From Squalus acanthias (Eukaryota), in contig CM059428.1 of NCBI GenBank assembly GCA_030390025.1, positions 164,734,001 through 164,798,000 on the forward strand: a DNA stretch of 64,000 nucleotides, given 5' to 3'. This document shows positions 62,715 to 64,000 of this stretch, one piece after another; positions within the stretch are counted from its first letter, which is position 1, and each line of letters begins with the position of its first letter. The notes below the pieces were generated by a model. That model saw only the letters and a list, made by a program, of their open reading frames with translations. It had not been told where the DNA came from and searched no databases. A program made the translations under genes and the position numbers.

Positions 62715-64000
62715 CAAATGCGCCAGAAGAGTAAGCAGCAAGCCAAGATTGAAGCTACACAGAAACTAGAACAAGTGAAACATGAGCAGCAGCAACAGCA
62801 ACAACAGTTTGGGTCCCATCAGTCGTCTGCAGGGGAGGATTCCAACAGCCCTAAAGCAGGTGAACAGGACAATGGGCACTTGTCTCCTCTGCAGCAATTG
62901 CCTAAAGAAGGGTTTACAAGGCCTCAGGTTGCTGGCACTTCTGCATCAACATCAACAGATGATGTCTTTCTAAGACCTCAGGCTCCTCCACCGACCCCAA
63001 CCAGGATACCATTGCAAGATCCATTTACACAGCCCCAGACTTCACAGTCACAGTCACCACAAATGTATTCTCCAGCTGCTAATGCATCAAGACCGTCATC
63101 TCCTTGGGACCCATATGCTAAAATGGTAGGGACACCAAGACCACCACCAGTTGTTAGAAGAAATTCAGTGTCCTCTTTAGATTCTTGTGCTGTTCCTCAA
63201 GGTGTAACCAGGCCATCCCCAGCTACTGAACAGATAGAGAGAAATAGGCCTTCATTAGCTAATGAGTCTTTTGGGTCACTATCACCAGTCAGCAATGATC
63301 CTTATGCAAAAGCACCCGATACTCCTAGACCCATCATGACAATATCAACAGATCATTTTTCAAAACCATTAGGATTGCCAAGACCACCTATGAATCCTGA
63401 TCCATCAGGGAATATGCAAGGAATTGCAAATGATCCCTTTGCTAAACCTGCACTTAGGCCTGATATGTTTCCTAGACTTCAGATGCCGCATAATCGAATG
63501 GTGCCTCATGATGTATATTTAAGATCTCAACGGGCACCAAGTCCAGCAGGTATTGAAGGTGGAAGTGGACACTTGTTTAAGACACCAATGCCACCACTTC
63601 AGTCGCCTCAAGATCCTTATGCATCCATGCCTCTAACCCCAAGACGTAATCCTGTCGATCCATATGAAAGAACTGTATTGACCCCAAGACCTATGGATAA
63701 TTTTCCACAGAGCCCAGTGCAGTCCCAGTCCCAGGCAATTGATCCTTACACACAGCAACCACATACGCCTCGTCCTGTGAATGAGCCATTTTCACACAGT
63801 CAGAGAATTCCCCGGCAGACCCAGGGTGACATGTTTGTTCAACCAGGGTCAATGTCAAGATGCTCTCCTCAGGATCCTTATTCACAGCCTCCTGGAACCC
63901 CTCGGCCTACAAGTGATCCTTATTCACAGCCTCCTGGAACCCCTCGGCCTACAAGTGATCCTTATTCACAACCTCCTGGAACCCCTCGGCCTACAAGTGA
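62715..64000 (+). CDS. KMT2C: KMT2C large exon (ex36), Pro/Gln-rich, open at the window end
   Basis: aaacag|CAA ATG CGC; QMRQKSKQQAKIEATQKLEQVKHEQQQQQQQFGS...DPYAKMVGTPRPPP...DPYSQPPGTPRP; absent from the ORF track, consistent with no stop in the window. Confidence 0.96.
63873..64000 (+). repeat. Coding minisatellite, 42-nt unit, at least 3 copies (DPYSQPPGTPRPTS)
   Basis: Units at 63873-63914, 63915-63956 and 63957-63998, with a fourth starting; one synonymous difference (CAG/CAA). Confidence 0.95.

Larger units (their letters stand above)
6934..64000 (+). other. KMT2C: KMT2C (MLL3) gene body, internal part (equivalent to human exons 16-36; both ends outside the window)
   Basis: 21 exons join in one reading frame with GT-AG introns and matching phases. 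The translation follows the recalled human KMT2C sequence in order (GRGAGFPGKRRPRG...DMCVVCGSFG...KLWRKASSQERAPYVQKARDNR...DPYSQPPGTPRP). Confidence 0.97.

Noticed and set aside
509-63885. Most short ORFs in the supplied track as independent genes
   Set aside because: They are chance frames, antisense or alternative frames of KMT2C exons, or TE fragments. The real coding sequence is spliced.
6934-64000. KMT2D (paralogue) instead of KMT2C
   Set aside because: Linker peptides outside the shared domains (GRGAGFPGKRRPRG, PKLKLKIINQNSVAVLQTPPD, KLYKIPEL, DPYAKMVGTPRP) and the exon sizes follow KMT2C as I recall it.
63873-64000. CRISPR-like array (also considered for 50493-50644)
   Set aside because: The units are contiguous with no unique spacers, the context is eukaryotic, and the 42-nt repeat is in-frame coding sequence.

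Overview
Eukaryotic genomic DNA, very likely from a cartilaginous fish (shark), judged from its repeat content: Deu-domain SINEs, abundant CR1 and Penelope-like elements. The whole window lies inside one + strand gene, KMT2C (MLL3, H3K4 methyltransferase). I reconstructed 21 GT-AG exons with consistent phases, corresponding to human exons 16-36 (PHD4-6 cluster, HMG-like box, start of the large Pro/Gln-rich exon, which runs off the window end). There is also a candidate extra in-frame 48-nt cassette exon (37272-37319) with a bipartite QKI-type element downstream. The introns are packed with CR1 and L2-clade LINE fragments, SINEs, MITEs and Penelope-like elements. Most notable: (1) several Penelope-derived inserts carry minimal hammerhead ribozymes, and three of them are fold-back (inverted-repeat) elements, two with clean 12-14 bp target-site duplications; one is a ~1-kb chimera with two intact hammerheads in opposite orientation; (2) the cassette exon; (3) a near-perfect 42-nt coding tandem repeat (DPYSQPPGTPRPTS) at the window end. 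Family names and exon numbering come from recalled consensus and human sequences, not from database searches. TE boundaries without a stated TSD are approximate.
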